Position numbers and translations under genes: made by a program. From NCBI GenBank assembly GCA_963662545.2, contig CAXXLL010000002.1, positions 640,001-704,000 on the forward strand: a stretch of DNA of 64,000 nucleotides, given 5' to 3'. The first letter of the stretch is position 1, and the number at the start of each line of letters is the position of its first letter. Shown in pieces: positions 1 through 11,853 of this stretch. A model generated the notes under the pieces. That model did not search any database and was not told where the DNA came from. It saw nothing but the letters and a program-made list of their open reading frames with translations. The DNA comes from Gammaproteobacteria bacterium (GTDB lineage: Bacteria > Pseudomonadota > Gammaproteobacteria > Ga0077536).

Positions 1-155
1 GATCAACGGGAATCTGCCCCCTGTTACTTTCTATACCTAGTACTTCTTGCCCTGGTCTTTCACCCGAATCTCATGGTTCAACACCAGTTCTTTTCCCATT
101 TATAACCTTGACATACTTATACAGATTGCCTATACTGATACCAAGGAGATTGGAT

Positions 156-1007
156 ATGGCTACATTCTACGAATTTCAAAAACAGTTCCCGGACGACGAT
201 GCGTGCTTGCATCAGATTATGCTGTCCCGCTACGGCGGCACACGTCTTGATTGCCCTAAGTGTCTGAAACCAAGCAAGTTTCACCGAATAAAAAAACAGC
301 GTAATTATGTCTGCCAGTATTGCGGACATCATCTTTACCCCTGTGTTGGAACGCCCATGGAAAACACGCACCTCCCGCTGCACAAGTGGCTCTATGCGAT
401 GTTCTTGTTCTCTGAGTCCCGCCATGGCGTCGCAGCCATGGAGCTTAAGCGGCAGTTGGGGATCCCTTACAAAACGGCGTGGCGCATGGCTCACGAGATC
501 CGCAAGTATATGGCCGAAGTGGACGGCGAGATCCCGCTGAGCGGCACCGTAGAGGCGGACGAAACCTACGTCGGCGGCAAGGTTAAGGGCAAAGGACGGG
601 GCTACACAGGCAATAAGACCATCGTGTTTGGGATGCTCGAACGGGGCGGCGACGTGATGACGAAGGTAGTCCCAAACGTGCGTAAGAAGACCCTGCAACC
701 CATCATCAAGGCGAACGTCGAAGCGGGTAGCACCGTTCATACCGACGAGTTGAAGTCCTACACCGGACTCAATAAAGCCGGCTATGACCATGAGACGGTC
801 AACCACGGCGCGGGCGAGTATGTAGACGGCGAGAGCCACGTCAACGGCATGGAAGGATACTGGGCGCGCCTCAAGCTTTCGATTCGCGGGACGCACGTCC
901 ACGTTTCCGGGAAGCACCTTGAGAAGTACGCGAAGGAGTTTGAGTATCGTTACAATCGGCGCCGGAATCCTTCCGCGATTTTCGACGATCTGGTGGCGAA
1001 CCTCTAA
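156..1007 (+). CDS. IS1595-family transposase (zinc ribbon + ISXO2-like DDE domain)
   Basis: CPKC...CQYC ribbon; VEADETYVGG, VHTDE, HVNGMEGYW and EFEYRYNRR motifs; AAGGAG upstream of ATG 156. Confidence 0.9.
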   Translation: MATFYEFQKQFPDDDACLHQIMLSRYGGTRLDCPKCLKPSKFHRIKKQRNYVCQYCGHHLYPCVGTPMENTHLPLHKWLYAMFLFSESRHGVAAMELKRQLGIPYKTAWRMAHEIRKYMAEVDGEIPLSGTVEADETYVGGKVKGKGRGYTGNKTIVFGMLERGGDVMTKVVPNVRKKTLQPIIKANVEAGSTVHTDELKSYTGLNKAGYDHETVNHGAGEYVDGESHVNGMEGYWARLKLSIRGTHVHVSGKHLEKYAKEFEYRYNRRRNPSAIFDDLVANL

Positions 1008-1333
1008 CCACCATTCCCTCGAACAGCGCATCGAAACGTGGCGATAAAATTTTCCTCATCACAGACCCTCCGTTTAGTAGGCGCCCTTACTGGTCAATCC
1101 ATTCAACCATCTTGAGACCATCTTTTTTATTGGAGTGGAAAAACACCTTTTTTTTGAAGGTAAGGACATGATCTAGGCGACTGGGCCTTCCATACTTCAA
1201 CCTGCATTCGATTAGTCCTTCGTGACCACCTTCCTCAAGACTTGGTATTTTAATAGCGTGATCATCGAACCAACCTTGCCCTCGTGCAGCGATTGTTATT
1301 TCTTCTGTTTGATATTCTTTCCTTGGCGGGTAC

Positions 1334-1714
1334 TCACCCATAAACTGAGTCTTTAAATCTTCCTTTGAATTGAATCGGAAATATAGCCGCGCTTTCTAGT
1401 CCGAATCCAAGCCGTACGGCAACCAAGCGCTTATCATCGCCGACTATCCTAGTGACCCGAATGTCGCGGAACACGAGCTTATGCAATGCACTATTTCTAT
1501 AGCGCCATTCATCAAATCGCAAAAGCCCAGTGGTGGCTCCCGCAAACGCTAAAATAACCCCGACGGTCCAATAAAATAGCGGAACCTCCTGAAGCCAACC
1601 CATCACACCAGCTCCAACGGTGAGTGCGCCGGGCCAGACATAAACCCGCACCGTTTCTCGCATAGCTTCTCCTGCGATAAAGCGCCACACTCGAGTAAGC
1701 ACAGAGTTCTGCAT
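1334..1714 (-). CDS. Hypothetical membrane protein (may be frameshifted with 1087-1341)
   Basis: Two hydrophobic segments; overlaps the downstream 84-aa ORF; lower GC. Confidence 0.4.
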   Translation of the reverse strand: MQNSVLTRVWRFIAGEAMRETVRVYVWPGALTVGAGVMGWLQEVPLFYWTVGVILAFAGATTGLLRFDEWRYRNSALHKLVFRDIRVTRIVGDDKRLVAVRLGFGLESAAIFPIQFKGRFKDSVYG

Positions 1715-1808
1715 CGACGCGCAGTATAATGCGCTCCGTTACGTATGTAAAGGTTATAAACGCGGTTCTTTTGGTACTGACAAGTTAGACTCGCTGCATG
1801 GAGGTTCA

Positions 1809-2432
1809 TTAGAAGCGCTTGACACAACAACTGACACACGCCGCGTGGTCCGGGTCCACATCAAGCGTTACGATGCCGCGTTTGTGAATGACCTCGCGAA
1901 GTTCAAGGTCTACCCAGCTTTTGAAGACTTCGAAACCGCGCTCCCGATAACTTTCAACTGCTTGTCCACCCATGAACGACATCACGGCGCGGTGTGAAGG
2001 GCTGGCTTTCGCGATGATGCCCGCAAATCCACGCGTGCGTGCCCAGCGCAACAGGAAGTCCAACATCTTGAGACCAATGCCCTGGCCTTGATAACGCGCG
2101 TCCCGATCTTCGGTGTCTTCCAGTTGGCCGATGTGATAGCAAAATAGTGCCAGAATATTCGATGGCAGATCAGGCGCATCGTCGCCGAAATCCCCCCAGT
2201 ACCGCGGATCCCATAGGCCATTCGGCGAACGCAGCGCACGGCAATAAGGTCGGAACTGCAATTGGGCAACGTGCTGTTCCCCGTCGAAAGCTAATACAGC
2301 GCTTGAACCGACCTCGCGTATTCGGGCTGCGAGGGCTGATGCGTCGCCCTGGCATCTTATAGGGACCCGTGTAATGTCCGCCAAAGTCATTAACCGGTAG
2401 CGAATTTCCTCGACCTTCAATTTCGGCTCCAT
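1809..2432 (-). CDS. GNAT-family N-acetyltransferase
   Basis: YQGQGIG acetyl-CoA binding motif; YRERGF. Confidence 0.75.
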   Translation of the reverse strand: MEPKLKVEEIRYRLMTLADITRVPIRCQGDASALAARIREVGSSAVLAFDGEQHVAQLQFRPYCRALRSPNGLWDPRYWGDFGDDAPDLPSNILALFCYHIGQLEDTEDRDARYQGQGIGLKMLDFLLRWARTRGFAGIIAKASPSHRAVMSFMGGQAVESYRERGFEVFKSWVDLELREVIHKRGIVTLDVDPDHAACVSCCVKRF

Positions 2433-2571
2433 AGCCTGGCGATATCTATGTCAATGACCTATTCTATGTTTATAGATCATTTTGGCAATACCGCGCTTGC
2501 TGCAACATTCAACAGGCAGCTCACGCTGAAGCCTGTGTCTCATCCGCTCGGGCCGGCCTGGAGGAAAAAAT

Positions 2572-4038
2572 ATGCAGATTGAATATCCGCGCAGCTTTTG
2601 GCTCGACGAGGCGCTGGCCGCCGACGATTCCGATCCTTCTCCGGAGCTTGATACCGATATCCGCGCTGACGTGTGCATCGTCGGGGGCGGATACACCGGG
2701 CTTTGGACGGCGCTGCGGCTCAAAGAAGCGGAACCGTCTATCGACGTCGTCTTGATCGAAAAAGACCTGTGTGCATCCGGCGCGAGTGGGCGCAATGCGG
2801 GTTACCTGTTGTCGATGTGGGCCAAGTATCTGTCGCTCGAAAAAGTCTGTGGCGAGAGTGAAGCGCTGCGTATGGCCGAGGCCTCGGACGGAGCTGTTTC
2901 CAAGGTTATGCAGTTCTGCACCGATAACGACATCGACGCCGATGTGCGCTGTGACGGCTGGTTGTGGGTAGCAACGAACGCGGCCCAGCAGGGTTTGTGG
3001 AACCAAACGATCGACGCTATCGGTCGTCATGGTCTCTCGCCTATCGTCGAATGGTCCGGCGATGAAGCGGCTGCACGCACCGGTTCGAATATCCACACCG
3101 GCGGTGCTTTCGAACGTCACGCGGCGCGTGTTCAGCCGGCGCTGTTGGGCAGAGGGCTGCGGCGCGTCGCGCTCGAACGGGGGGTTAGGATTTATGAACA
3201 CACGCCGCTGGGATCCCTGCTCCACGGGAACCCGGCTGTCTTGCGGACGCCGAAGGGTAAGGTCACGGCGGATCGCGTCGTGCTCGCGATGAATGCCTGG
3301 GCCTCGCGTTGGGCCGAGGTGCGCAAGGCCATCGTTGTCGTCACGGGCGATATGTTCGTTACGCCGCCGATTCCGGATAGGCTCGAGCAGATCGGTTGGA
3401 GCGACGGCCTGACAGCATCGGACGGGCGCGCCCTCATTCAATACTACCGGACCACGCGCGATGGACGCCTTGCTTACGGCAAGGGCGGCATGTCCGGGAC
3501 GTTTTCTTTTGGTGGCAGAGTCGGCGCCGAAGTCGAAGGTGCGTCGATGTACGAGGACTTACTGGTCGATGCCATGCATACGACGTTCCCGGATCTGGCC
3601 GATGTTGGCATGGCCAAGAGCTGGCGCGGCCCGATCGACCGTTCGAAAAGCGGCTTACCGCTGTTTTGGCATCTGGGCGCGCTGAAGAACGTCTTTTATG
3701 CGGTCGGATTTTCCGGTAACGGGATCGGCCCGTGTCATTTAGCGGGACGGATCCTGACCTCACTCGCGCTAGAGCGGCAGGACGAATGGTCAAAATGTCC
3801 TTTAGTCCGCGGCCCCACACGAGATTTTCCACCGGAGCCGTTTCGTTTAATCGGTTCAAAACTGATCCGCCACGCCCTCATCGCAAAAGACCGCGCCGAC
3901 GACGAGGGCCGCGAGCCGCCGCTCGCCGCGCGCCTGGCCGTGCGGCTCGCTCCGGCTGGCGTGTCACCGTTCAAGGCAGCCGATAAAGAAACACCTGAAT
4001 CAGGTGGAACGGCGACACCGGCTCCGGCGGGTCGATAG
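2572..4038 (+). CDS. FAD-dependent oxidoreductase (DAO/PuuB-OrdL-like)
   Basis: IVGGGYTGLW dinucleotide fold, GASGRNAG, GFSGNGIG; GGAGG RBS. Confidence 0.85.
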   Translation: MQIEYPRSFWLDEALAADDSDPSPELDTDIRADVCIVGGGYTGLWTALRLKEAEPSIDVVLIEKDLCASGASGRNAGYLLSMWAKYLSLEKVCGESEALRMAEASDGAVSKVMQFCTDNDIDADVRCDGWLWVATNAAQQGLWNQTIDAIGRHGLSPIVEWSGDEAAARTGSNIHTGGAFERHAARVQPALLGRGLRRVALERGVRIYEHTPLGSLLHGNPAVLRTPKGKVTADRVVLAMNAWASRWAEVRKAIVVVTGDMFVTPPIPDRLEQIGWSDGLTASDGRALIQYYRTTRDGRLAYGKGGMSGTFSFGGRVGAEVEGASMYEDLLVDAMHTTFPDLADVGMAKSWRGPIDRSKSGLPLFWHLGALKNVFYAVGFSGNGIGPCHLAGRILTSLALERQDEWSKCPLVRGPTRDFPPEPFRLIGSKLIRHALIAKDRADDEGREPPLAARLAVRLAPAGVSPFKAADKETPESGGTATPAPAGR

Positions 4039-4053
4039 GGCGGAAGTGGCGGT

Positions 4054-4689
4054 CTACTTTCTGAAATCAATGGCCATGCGCATTTCCATCGGCACGCCAT
4101 GTCGCAGGGGCACGGGAGCGGTCGTCTCGACGAGGCAGTCAAAGCCCAGCGAACGGTAGAATGCGACCGCGGGGTTATCCGACAGGACATCGAGGTGCAA
4201 CGCGCGTAGACCCGCCTGCGTAGCTTTGTCGATCGCGTTCTGCACCAGTTTCGCGCCGATGCCTTTTCCGCGCTGTGATTCCTTAACCGCCAGCGCGTGA
4301 ATGTAGTAAACCCTCGAAGGAATGGCCGCATTCAGGTAACTGCACTGATACGTGCGATCGGCAATAAGCGAGAGTTTTTCAGCAGAGACCTCGCCCGCTT
4401 CGATCAATGCGGGCCACAAGGGCGCCAAGGCTTTTTTCCGTTGCTCGAACTCGGGTGCATGAAAGCCTACTTCGATGCCGAGTAGTTCGTCGTCATCGAG
4501 CGCAAGCGTTGTGCCGTCATAGGCAAACAATGTGCCGGGCGTACGCCATGAGGCATTCACAATTTGATCGAACAATTCGCGCCCATCGAATTGGTAATCG
4601 TAGGTCACCGGCCCGGTGACATGCATCAAATCCGCAAATTCGTCTGCATATCGCGTCGTGTGCGCCTCGGTAGCCTGGACTATTTCCAT
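4054..4689 (-). CDS. GNAT-family N-acetyltransferase
   Basis: QRGKGIG and NPAVAFYRSLGF motifs. Confidence 0.85.
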   Translation of the reverse strand: MEIVQATEAHTTRYADEFADLMHVTGPVTYDYQFDGRELFDQIVNASWRTPGTLFAYDGTTLALDDDELLGIEVGFHAPEFEQRKKALAPLWPALIEAGEVSAEKLSLIADRTYQCSYLNAAIPSRVYYIHALAVKESQRGKGIGAKLVQNAIDKATQAGLRALHLDVLSDNPAVAFYRSLGFDCLVETTAPVPLRHGVPMEMRMAIDFRK

Positions 4690-4735
4690 ACCTGCTACCT
4701 AAGGAACCTCTGAATAAATCATGGTGCGGTGTTCA

Positions 4736-5707
4736 TTACCCGCTTGCTTCATCCACGGCTTCGAGCACCCGCGCGAATGCTTCGATGCTTTCGCTGGTGG
4801 TCGGCTCAAGACAAATTTGCAGATGCGCGATCCCCTCGCGTTGATATTCGAGCAGCACCTTTGCGATCTCCTCGGGCGCGCCTGCTAGCGGCACCAGCGG
4901 ACCTTCTTCCACCCAATTTTCAGTTGGCAACTTATCCCACCAGGGGTCGGCATTGGCATCGGCGACTAATGCTGTCACGGTGCGTTCGAGGGTGGTCGGG
5001 TCACGGCCTTCGTTCGTGCAGGCTTCATCAACAATCGGGCGCAGACGCCGGATACCGTCGACCTTATTGTGCGTGTCATCGTAGTAAGCGTTCCAAAGGT
5101 CGGCGTACTTTGCCATGCAAGCCATCATGCGTGGCTGCACCGTCCCCATTAGAATGGGTGGCCCCTGGGGGCGTGGCCCGCGGGGTTTAAGTTCGCATTC
5201 GCGGGCAAAATGATATTTCCCTTCGAAGTCGACCTCGCCATTGCGCAACAGCCCGTGCAGGATCTGGATCGCTTCCTCAAACCGGCTGACTTTATAGTTG
5301 AAGGGAAACCCGAAGGCGTCGTATTCGTGTTTGTGATATCCCGAACCAAGGCCGAGAATCAAACGGCCATCGCTAATCTCTTCGACGGTGTCTGCCATCT
5401 TGGCGAGCAACGCGGGGTTACGCCATCCCATCGCCAAGACCAGCGTCCCGAGCTCCACTCGGTTCGTCACAGCGGCGATCGCAGATAGTAAGGACCACAC
5501 CTCCCATACACCGCGCGCGTCGTCTTCACCGTCGAGCTTATAAAGCAGATGATCGACCAACCACAGCGAGTCGAAACCGACGTCCTCGGCGACGCGCGCC
5601 ATGTCGCTGACTGCGCGCCAACCGCGCACGCCAGGCCCACGCATACCTTCGGCTTGCGGCAGCAACAAACCGATCTTCAGACTTCGAGAACCACTTGCCG
5701 CTGTCAT
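4736..5707 (-). CDS. LLM-class flavin-dependent oxidoreductase
   Basis: GFDSLWLVDH, RNPALLAKMA and GRLILGLGSG motifs; start set at MTAASG. Confidence 0.85.
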   Translation of the reverse strand: MTAASGSRSLKIGLLLPQAEGMRGPGVRGWRAVSDMARVAEDVGFDSLWLVDHLLYKLDGEDDARGVWEVWSLLSAIAAVTNRVELGTLVLAMGWRNPALLAKMADTVEEISDGRLILGLGSGYHKHEYDAFGFPFNYKVSRFEEAIQILHGLLRNGEVDFEGKYHFARECELKPRGPRPQGPPILMGTVQPRMMACMAKYADLWNAYYDDTHNKVDGIRRLRPIVDEACTNEGRDPTTLERTVTALVADANADPWWDKLPTENWVEEGPLVPLAGAPEEIAKVLLEYQREGIAHLQICLEPTTSESIEAFARVLEAVDEASG

Positions 5708-5720
5708 TGAACTTCGCCTT

Positions 5721-6317
5721 TCAACGCTCAGCGATCGCGACCGCCGTCTGTCCGATTTTTCGACACCAGGACTGCCAGCTTCCTTTCTTACGCGAGTGCG
5801 GTCCGGCATGCGCCTGGAGCGCCGCACCGTCGATTATGGCGGTAATCAGCCGTGCCTTCTCGCTGAGTGCCGCGGTACTGCCGGAGACGCCAAAACGACG
5901 CATTGCATCCACTAAAATGTCGAAGTGCCGTTTATAAATCTCTTCGGACAACTGCCGGAAACGACGGTTGTGCAGGTGTAGCAAGGTCAAGACCGGCCAG
6001 ATATTACCGCCGATGCCGGTGTACTCCTGCAGCAGTAAATCCGAAAGCTGATCGACATAGTCTTTGAGACTGGTAGCGTTTTCGCTCAGCGAACGTATCG
6101 TCGCGAGGTTGTGTTCGAACTCCGCGCGGATGACGGCTTCGAGCAGATCGCCCCGGGTCGGAAAGTAGTACTGCAGGTTGCCAAGCTGCATGTCCGTCCG
6201 TTTCGCTATCTCGCGCATGACGAAACCTTCGAGGCCTTGGGTGGCAAGAGTGTCCCTTGCGGTCTCCAGGATCCGCGTGCGGCTGGCTTCGCCGCGTTTC
6301 ATCGCTAGTTCGCTCAT
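5721..6317 (-). CDS. TetR/AcrR-family transcriptional regulator
   Basis: N-terminal HTH RILETARD...GNLQYYFPTRGDL; divergent from the hydantoinase operon. Confidence 0.9.
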   Translation of the reverse strand: MSELAMKRGEASRTRILETARDTLATQGLEGFVMREIAKRTDMQLGNLQYYFPTRGDLLEAVIRAEFEHNLATIRSLSENATSLKDYVDQLSDLLLQEYTGIGGNIWPVLTLLHLHNRRFRQLSEEIYKRHFDILVDAMRRFGVSGSTAALSEKARLITAIIDGAALQAHAGPHSRKKGSWQSWCRKIGQTAVAIAER

Positions 6318-6336
6318 AGCGGCCAAGAATAGGTCA

Positions 6337-6366
6337 TTGACATAATAATACAAGCGCGTTTAGATA
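6337..6366 (+). promoter_or_regulatory. Possible sigma70 promoter of the hydantoinase operon
   Basis: Perfect TTGACA at 6337 in an AT-rich intergenic region; only a weak -10 (TTAGAT). Confidence 0.35.
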
Positions 6367-6401
6367 GTGACGCTACGTTAAACCCCACGGAGGAGTTCGC
6401 G

Positions 6402-8309
6402 ATGGCCACTGTAATCCAAGACGATACAGTAAGAGATTTCGATCCAATCACGTTCAGTGTCATTCGTAACCGTTTCGAGGCCATCGGTCAGGAAATGACC
6501 CTCGCGATGGAGCAAACGGCATGGACCTCGGTGATCGCCCTGGCCCGCGACTACTCCTGCATGCTTTACGACGCTCACCCGGACGGCCCGCGGCAGATCA
6601 CGATGGCCGAATGTATACCGATCCACTGCAACAGCATTCGCGAATTGTTAATCGAGATCGTTCGTGTTTTCGAAGGCGACATCCATGACGGCGACATCTA
6701 CATGGCGAACGATCCCTATCGGGGCAACACCCACATTCCGGATCTCGTCACGGCGCAGCCGGTATTCGTGGAGGGCAAGCATGTGTTCTGGACGGTGGCG
6801 CGCGGACATCAGCTCGACTGCGGGGCTGCCGAGGCGTCGAGCATCGTTCCCGCAGCGCGCTCTGTCTTTCAGGAAGGTATCGTGATCCCGCCGATTAAAC
6901 TCGTCGACCGCGGGAATGAACGGCACGACATCGTCGAGCTGTACCTCGCGAACGTTCGCTACCGCGACGCCTTGCACGGCGACCTGCGAGCGCAGCTCGG
7001 CGCGTGTGGCGTAGCGCGTAAGGGGCTCATAGCACTTTGCGCGCAATACGGCCGCGATGAGGTGATGCGCTATAGCGACGGGCTGATGGACTACGCCGAT
7101 CATCGGGCGACCGAAGAGTTTCGCCGTATCCCTGACGGCGTTTTCGAGGGCCTGACCTGGACCGATACCGACGGCAATGGTGCGGTGGACATTCCGATCA
7201 AAGTCACGATCACCAAAAACGGCGCCGATATTCACGTCCATTACGATGGCGGTCCGCCCTCGACCGGCTCGTTCAACGCGACCTACGCGGTGATGATGGC
7301 GACGTCCACAATCCCGTTTCTGTATTACATCGATTCGGACATTCCGCACAATCACGGCGTTCTCCAGCACATCACGGCCGACGCGGTAGAAGGCACGATC
7401 TGCATGGCCAAATGGCCGGCAGCCGTCGGTGGTGCGACGACGAACCCGGCTGATCCCATGCACGAAGTGATCAACATCGCGATGGCCGAGGCCATCCCCG
7501 AACGCGTACCGGCCGGCTCATGCCATGCGGGACACATGCCGAATTTCAACGGTATCGACAAACGAAATGACAAGGAGTGGGGCTGCATGCTGTTCAACGG
7601 CATGGGCGGTTCGGGTGGTGCAAAGGACGCGGACGGCTGGCCGATGATCGGGACGATTGCGGGCATGGGAGGATTGACGTCCGCCTCTATCGAAGAAGTT
7701 GAACTGCTCTATCCGCTGCACATCGATTTCAACGAGATCGAAACGGATTCCATGGGCATGGGCCAGTGGATCGGGGGGGCTGGGCTGCGCACGCGCTTTC
7801 GGCCCATTGCCGGCGATATGGAGGCGGTCTCATTCGGAGAAGGCTCGAAGAATCCTCCTCACGGGGTAAATGGCGGGACCAGGAGTGCGGGCGGTGGCAT
7901 CTACGTTGAACATGAAGACGGCGCCCGTACCTTCACCTCCGTGGCTGGCCAAACACTGGTCCGCGAAGGTGAGTCATGGACTGGCTATTCGTCCGGCGGC
8001 GGCGGCTGGGGCAATCCCGTTGACCGCGATGCAGAATTAGTCCGCCGTAATCTTCGTGATGGGTGGATCGGCGAAGAGTCCGCGCGCGCTATTTTTGGTG
8101 TGGTATTAAACGACGACTTCGAAAGAACGCTCGATACCTCAGCGACGGAAAAGCTACGCACCGAGCTTCGTGCTTTCAAGCGTCCGATGGTGGATCCCAT
8201 CGAGCCGGCTGCCGGCAAGTGGATAGAGCAAAACATGCGCCCCGGCGATCGATTTATCGAAGCGCCGACGATTGCGGAACACTTTAGCGATTCGGGCGCC
8301 GAGTCGTAG
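6402..8309 (+). CDS. Hydantoinase B/oxoprolinase family protein
   Basis: DPITFSVI, NDPYRGNTHIPD, FQEGIVIPP and SGGGGWGNP motifs. Confidence 0.92.
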   Translation: MATVIQDDTVRDFDPITFSVIRNRFEAIGQEMTLAMEQTAWTSVIALARDYSCMLYDAHPDGPRQITMAECIPIHCNSIRELLIEIVRVFEGDIHDGDIYMANDPYRGNTHIPDLVTAQPVFVEGKHVFWTVARGHQLDCGAAEASSIVPAARSVFQEGIVIPPIKLVDRGNERHDIVELYLANVRYRDALHGDLRAQLGACGVARKGLIALCAQYGRDEVMRYSDGLMDYADHRATEEFRRIPDGVFEGLTWTDTDGNGAVDIPIKVTITKNGADIHVHYDGGPPSTGSFNATYAVMMATSTIPFLYYIDSDIPHNHGVLQHITADAVEGTICMAKWPAAVGGATTNPADPMHEVINIAMAEAIPERVPAGSCHAGHMPNFNGIDKRNDKEWGCMLFNGMGGSGGAKDADGWPMIGTIAGMGGLTSASIEEVELLYPLHIDFNEIETDSMGMGQWIGGAGLRTRFRPIAGDMEAVSFGEGSKNPPHGVNGGTRSAGGGIYVEHEDGARTFTSVAGQTLVREGESWTGYSSGGGGWGNPVDRDAELVRRNLRDGWIGEESARAIFGVVLNDDFERTLDTSATEKLRTELRAFKRPMVDPIEPAAGKWIEQNMRPGDRFIEAPTIAEHFSDSGAES

Positions 8310-8311
8310 CG

Positions 8312-10378
8312 ATGACAAATCGGATTGGAATCGATATCGGTGGCACGTTCACCGATGTCGTATTGCTGCAGGATAACGGGCAGTTCCTGGTTTACAAGGA
8401 AGATTCAACCCCCGACGAACCGCTGCACGCGATCACGGCCGGGCTCGCTGGGATTGCCGCGGAAGTGGACATGAGTGTTGAAGCGCTGTTGCAATCTACC
8501 GAGTTTCTGGTCCATGGCCAGACCATGGCCACCAATGCGCTGATTCAGCGCAACGGTCCCGTCGTCGGTTTGCTCTGTACCGAGGGGTTCCGCGACGTCC
8601 TTCATCTTGGCCGCGGCTCCAAGCCGGAGCGTTTTAACGTGCATCTGCAAAAATCCGAAGACCTTATTCCGCGCTATCTGCGCCTCGGCGTTCCTGAGCG
8701 CACCGCCGCCGACGGTGCCGAAGTCAAACCGCTGGACGAAGACGCCGTACGCGAGGCAGCGCGCACATTTGACAAGCACCGGGTCAAGGCGGTCGCCATC
8801 GCCTACCTTTGGTCGATTCTCGATGCGACCCATGAAAAGCGCACGGCCGAAATCGTCCAGGAAGAACTGCCCGGCGTCGACGTCTTGTGTTCATCCGATA
8901 TTCTGCCGGAGATCCGCGAGTGGGAACGTACTTCGTCGACCGTCCTGAGCGCGTATATCGCGCCTATCATCGGCGACTACCTGCGTGCGTTCGAAACCGA
9001 GATGGAAAAAGGTGGGATGCCCCATCGGCCGCTCATCATGCAGGTAAATGGCGGCTGTGCGGCCGTTCCCGATCTGTTGGCGCGCCCGGTTAACGCGATC
9101 GCTTCAGGACCGGCGGCGGGTCCTGCTGCGGCCGCATACTACGCGTCGAGCACGAAAGCCCCGGATCGCCTAATCGTGATCGACATGGGCGGTACCAGTT
9201 TCGATGTCTGCTTGCTGCGCGATGGTGAACCGGTGATGTCGAGCGACATTAAGGTTGCCGATCAGCCCATCGGTGTTAACGGGGTAGAGGTACTGTCCGT
9301 CGGTGCCGGCGGCGGCTCCGTGGCGTGGCTCGATAGCGGCAACTCGCTCAGGGTTGGGCCGCGCAGCGCCGGCTCCCAGCCAGGACCGGCCTGCTACGGG
9401 CGCGGCGGCAGCGAGCCTGCGGTTACTGATGCCAATCTGGTCGTTGGACGCATGGCGGCCAGTGCGTTCCTGGGTGGTCGCCGCTCACTCGATATAAACC
9501 TTGCGATCAAGGCGATAGCCACGCATATCGCAACGCCGCTGGGCCTGGACGTTAATACCGCGGCAGCCGGGATCCTGACCATTGTGAATTCAAATATGGC
9601 CACGGCCATTCGCGCCGTCTCGATCGAGCGCGGCATAGACCCACGTGACTATGTCATGGTGGCCGGGGGCGGCGCCGGCGGACTTCACGCCGCGGAACTG
9701 GCGCGCATGCTTGGCATCGGCGAGGTGTTGATTCCGAGATCGGCGGGCGGACTGTGTGCCTTCGGTATGGCCGTGACACCGGTGAGACACGATTACGTTC
9801 GCCTCGCACATTGTTACTCGAACGCACCGGGGGTAGCTGCTCGCATCAGCGGCGTGTTCGACAGCCTGGTGGCCGAGGGCAGCGCGCATCTGGAGTCCGA
9901 CGGTTTCAAATCGGACGAAATTCGCTTTTCGCGCCATCTCGAAGGACGCTACCCGGGACAGGTCCATAATCTCACCGTGCCGCTGTCGGACGGACCCATC
10001 GACGATGCGTTCCTGCGCCGTCTGGAAGCGGATTTCCATACCGAACACGACAAGCGATTCACCTACGCGATGCGCGATCAACCGGTCGAATGCCTGCACT
10101 GGCGGCTCGTAGCGACCGGCAGCCGACCGGCGCCGCAAGGGCGACTGGCACGGCAATCCGATGGCAGGTCCAAGCGGTCCGGACGACGCACGGCATACAT
10201 GGCCGCGGTGAATGCCGAAGTAGCGACCGACATTTGGCAGGGCGATGCGCTGGCAGCGGGGGATCGTATCACCGGTCCGGCCATTGTCGAATTCGCAACC
10301 ACGACTATCGTCGTCAACCCCGACGACAGGCTGGTCGTTCAAGCGGATGGTAGTTCGCTGCTGACCATCGCTCTCTAG
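8312..10378 (+). CDS. Hydantoinase A/oxoprolinase family protein (ATP-dependent)
   Basis: [23 protein letters not shown] and GAGGGS motifs. Confidence 0.93.
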   Translation: MTNRIGIDIGGTFTDVVLLQDNGQFLVYKEDSTPDEPLHAITAGLAGIAAEVDMSVEALLQSTEFLVHGQTMATNALIQRNGPVVGLLCTEGFRDVLHLGRGSKPERFNVHLQKSEDLIPRYLRLGVPERTAADGAEVKPLDEDAVREAARTFDKHRVKAVAIAYLWSILDATHEKRTAEIVQEELPGVDVLCSSDILPEIREWERTSSTVLSAYIAPIIGDYLRAFETEMEKGGMPHRPLIMQVNGGCAAVPDLLARPVNAIASGPAAGPAAAAYYASSTKAPDRLIVIDMGGTSFDVCLLRDGEPVMSSDIKVADQPIGVNGVEVLSVGAGGGSVAWLDSGNSLRVGPRSAGSQPGPACYGRGGSEPAVTDANLVVGRMAASAFLGGRRSLDINLAIKAIATHIATPLGLDVNTAAAGILTIVNSNMATAIRAVSIERGIDPRDYVMVAGGGAGGLHAAELARMLGIGEVLIPRSAGGLCAFGMAVTPVRHDYVRLAHCYSNAPGVAARISGVFDSLVAEGSAHLESDGFKSDEIRFSRHLEGRYPGQVHNLTVPLSDGPIDDAFLRRLEADFHTEHDKRFTYAMRDQPVECLHWRLVATGSRPAPQGRLARQSDGRSKRSGRRTAYMAAVNAEVATDIWQGDALAAGDRITGPAIVEFATTTIVVNPDDRLVVQADGSSLLTIAL

Positions 10379-10418
10379 CCCGCGTTGCCCGGGCGTTACC
10401 GACACAGGAGTTCTCGCA

Positions 10419-11783
10419 ATGCTCACCGACCTCCAAGGTATCGATCTCGAGTCCCACCTTCATCCTTATACCAACTTTGCTGATATCGCCGAGCGCGGGC
10501 CGCTGATCATGAACGACGCGCAGGGTGTACGTGTGCGCGATCTTAAGGGTCGCGAATACATCGATGCGATGTCGGGTCTGTGGTGTTGTGATGTCGGTTA
10601 CGGCCGCCTGGAAATCGCTGAGGCGATTGCCGAGCAGGCACGTCGGCTCGCGTTTTTCCACTCGTTTTTCGGTATGGCGACCGAGCCGACGATCCGTCTA
10701 GCCGATCGTCTCAAGCGGCTCATGCCCTGGTCCATGGCGCGAGTTTTCTTTGGGCTATCGGGTTCCGACGCAAACGACACTCAGATCAAGCTCGTGTGGC
10801 TTTACAACCATCTCCGGGGTAAACCGGAGAAAACAAAAATCCTCTCGCACCATATGGGTTATCACGGCATCACGCTGGGCGCATCCAGCATGACCGGGCT
10901 ACCCGCGGTGCACGCTTACATGAATCTGCCGCTCCCCGGATTCCTACACCTGTCGACGCCACACTATTACCGCGAGGCCGAGCCGGGAATGAGTGAAGCC
11001 GACTTCGTCGGGAAATTGGTCGGCGAGCTGGAGGCGACCGTCGAACGCGAAGGCGCAGACACTATCGCGGCGTTCATCGCCGAGCCCGTGATGGGTGCGG
11101 GCGGCGTGATCGGGCCGCCCGAGGGCTACTATCCGGCGATGCAGGAGGTGCTGCGACGCCACGACATCCTTTTCATCGCTGATGAGGTGATCTGTGGCTT
11201 CGGTCGGCTCGGTACACCCTGGGGAAGTCTTGCCCTCGGCATCGAGCCGGATCTCGTGACGATTGCGAAAGGTCTCACGAGTGGCTATGCGCCGTTGTCG
11301 GCATCGCTCATTTCCGAGCGTATTTGGTCGGTGATCGCGGACCACGAGGCCGAGATCCCCCAGTTCAATCACGGCCAGACCTACAGTGGGCATCCCATCA
11401 GTACCGCCGCGGCACTCGCGAATCTCGACATCATGGAACGCGAGTCGCTGTTCGAACGCGCGGCGGATACCGGCGTGTACCTGCAGCAACGACTGCGCGC
11501 GGAGTTTGCTGACCATCCCCACGTGGGTGAAGTCCGCGGGCTCGGCATGATCGGTGCGATCGAGGTCGTCAAAGACCGGGACAGCCGTGGCACCTTCGAC
11601 CCGGATCTGAAGATGCCGCTCAGGATTTTCCACAAGCTCCTCGACAAGGGCGTCATCGCCCGCGCAATCGGCGTGTCTGGCATTGCGGTGTGCCCGCCCT
11701 ATGTCATCGAACGCCATGACATCGACATCATCGTTGACGCCATTCGGGAGACTGTCGACGAGCTTGTGCGCGCCGTGGTTTGA
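10419..11783 (+). CDS. Class III PLP aminotransferase (omega-amino acid type)
   Basis: [28 protein letters not shown] and HGQTYSGHP motifs. Confidence 0.92.
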   Translation: MLTDLQGIDLESHLHPYTNFADIAERGPLIMNDAQGVRVRDLKGREYIDAMSGLWCCDVGYGRLEIAEAIAEQARRLAFFHSFFGMATEPTIRLADRLKRLMPWSMARVFFGLSGSDANDTQIKLVWLYNHLRGKPEKTKILSHHMGYHGITLGASSMTGLPAVHAYMNLPLPGFLHLSTPHYYREAEPGMSEADFVGKLVGELEATVEREGADTIAAFIAEPVMGAGGVIGPPEGYYPAMQEVLRRHDILFIADEVICGFGRLGTPWGSLALGIEPDLVTIAKGLTSGYAPLSASLISERIWSVIADHEAEIPQFNHGQTYSGHPISTAAALANLDIMERESLFERAADTGVYLQQRLRAEFADHPHVGEVRGLGMIGAIEVVKDRDSRGTFDPDLKMPLRIFHKLLDKGVIARAIGVSGIAVCPPYVIERHDIDIIVDAIRETVDELVRAVV

Positions 11784-11853
11784 GTGCTCCGCCTTACAGC
11801 GCGCGAGGGCACGTTAACGGACGAGGTATCACAGCGTTGGGAGATAATTGCGT

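Noticed and set aside
1-2460. Defined IS1595 ends enclosing passenger genes
   Set aside because: No convincing inverted-repeat pair or TSD could be matched by eye.
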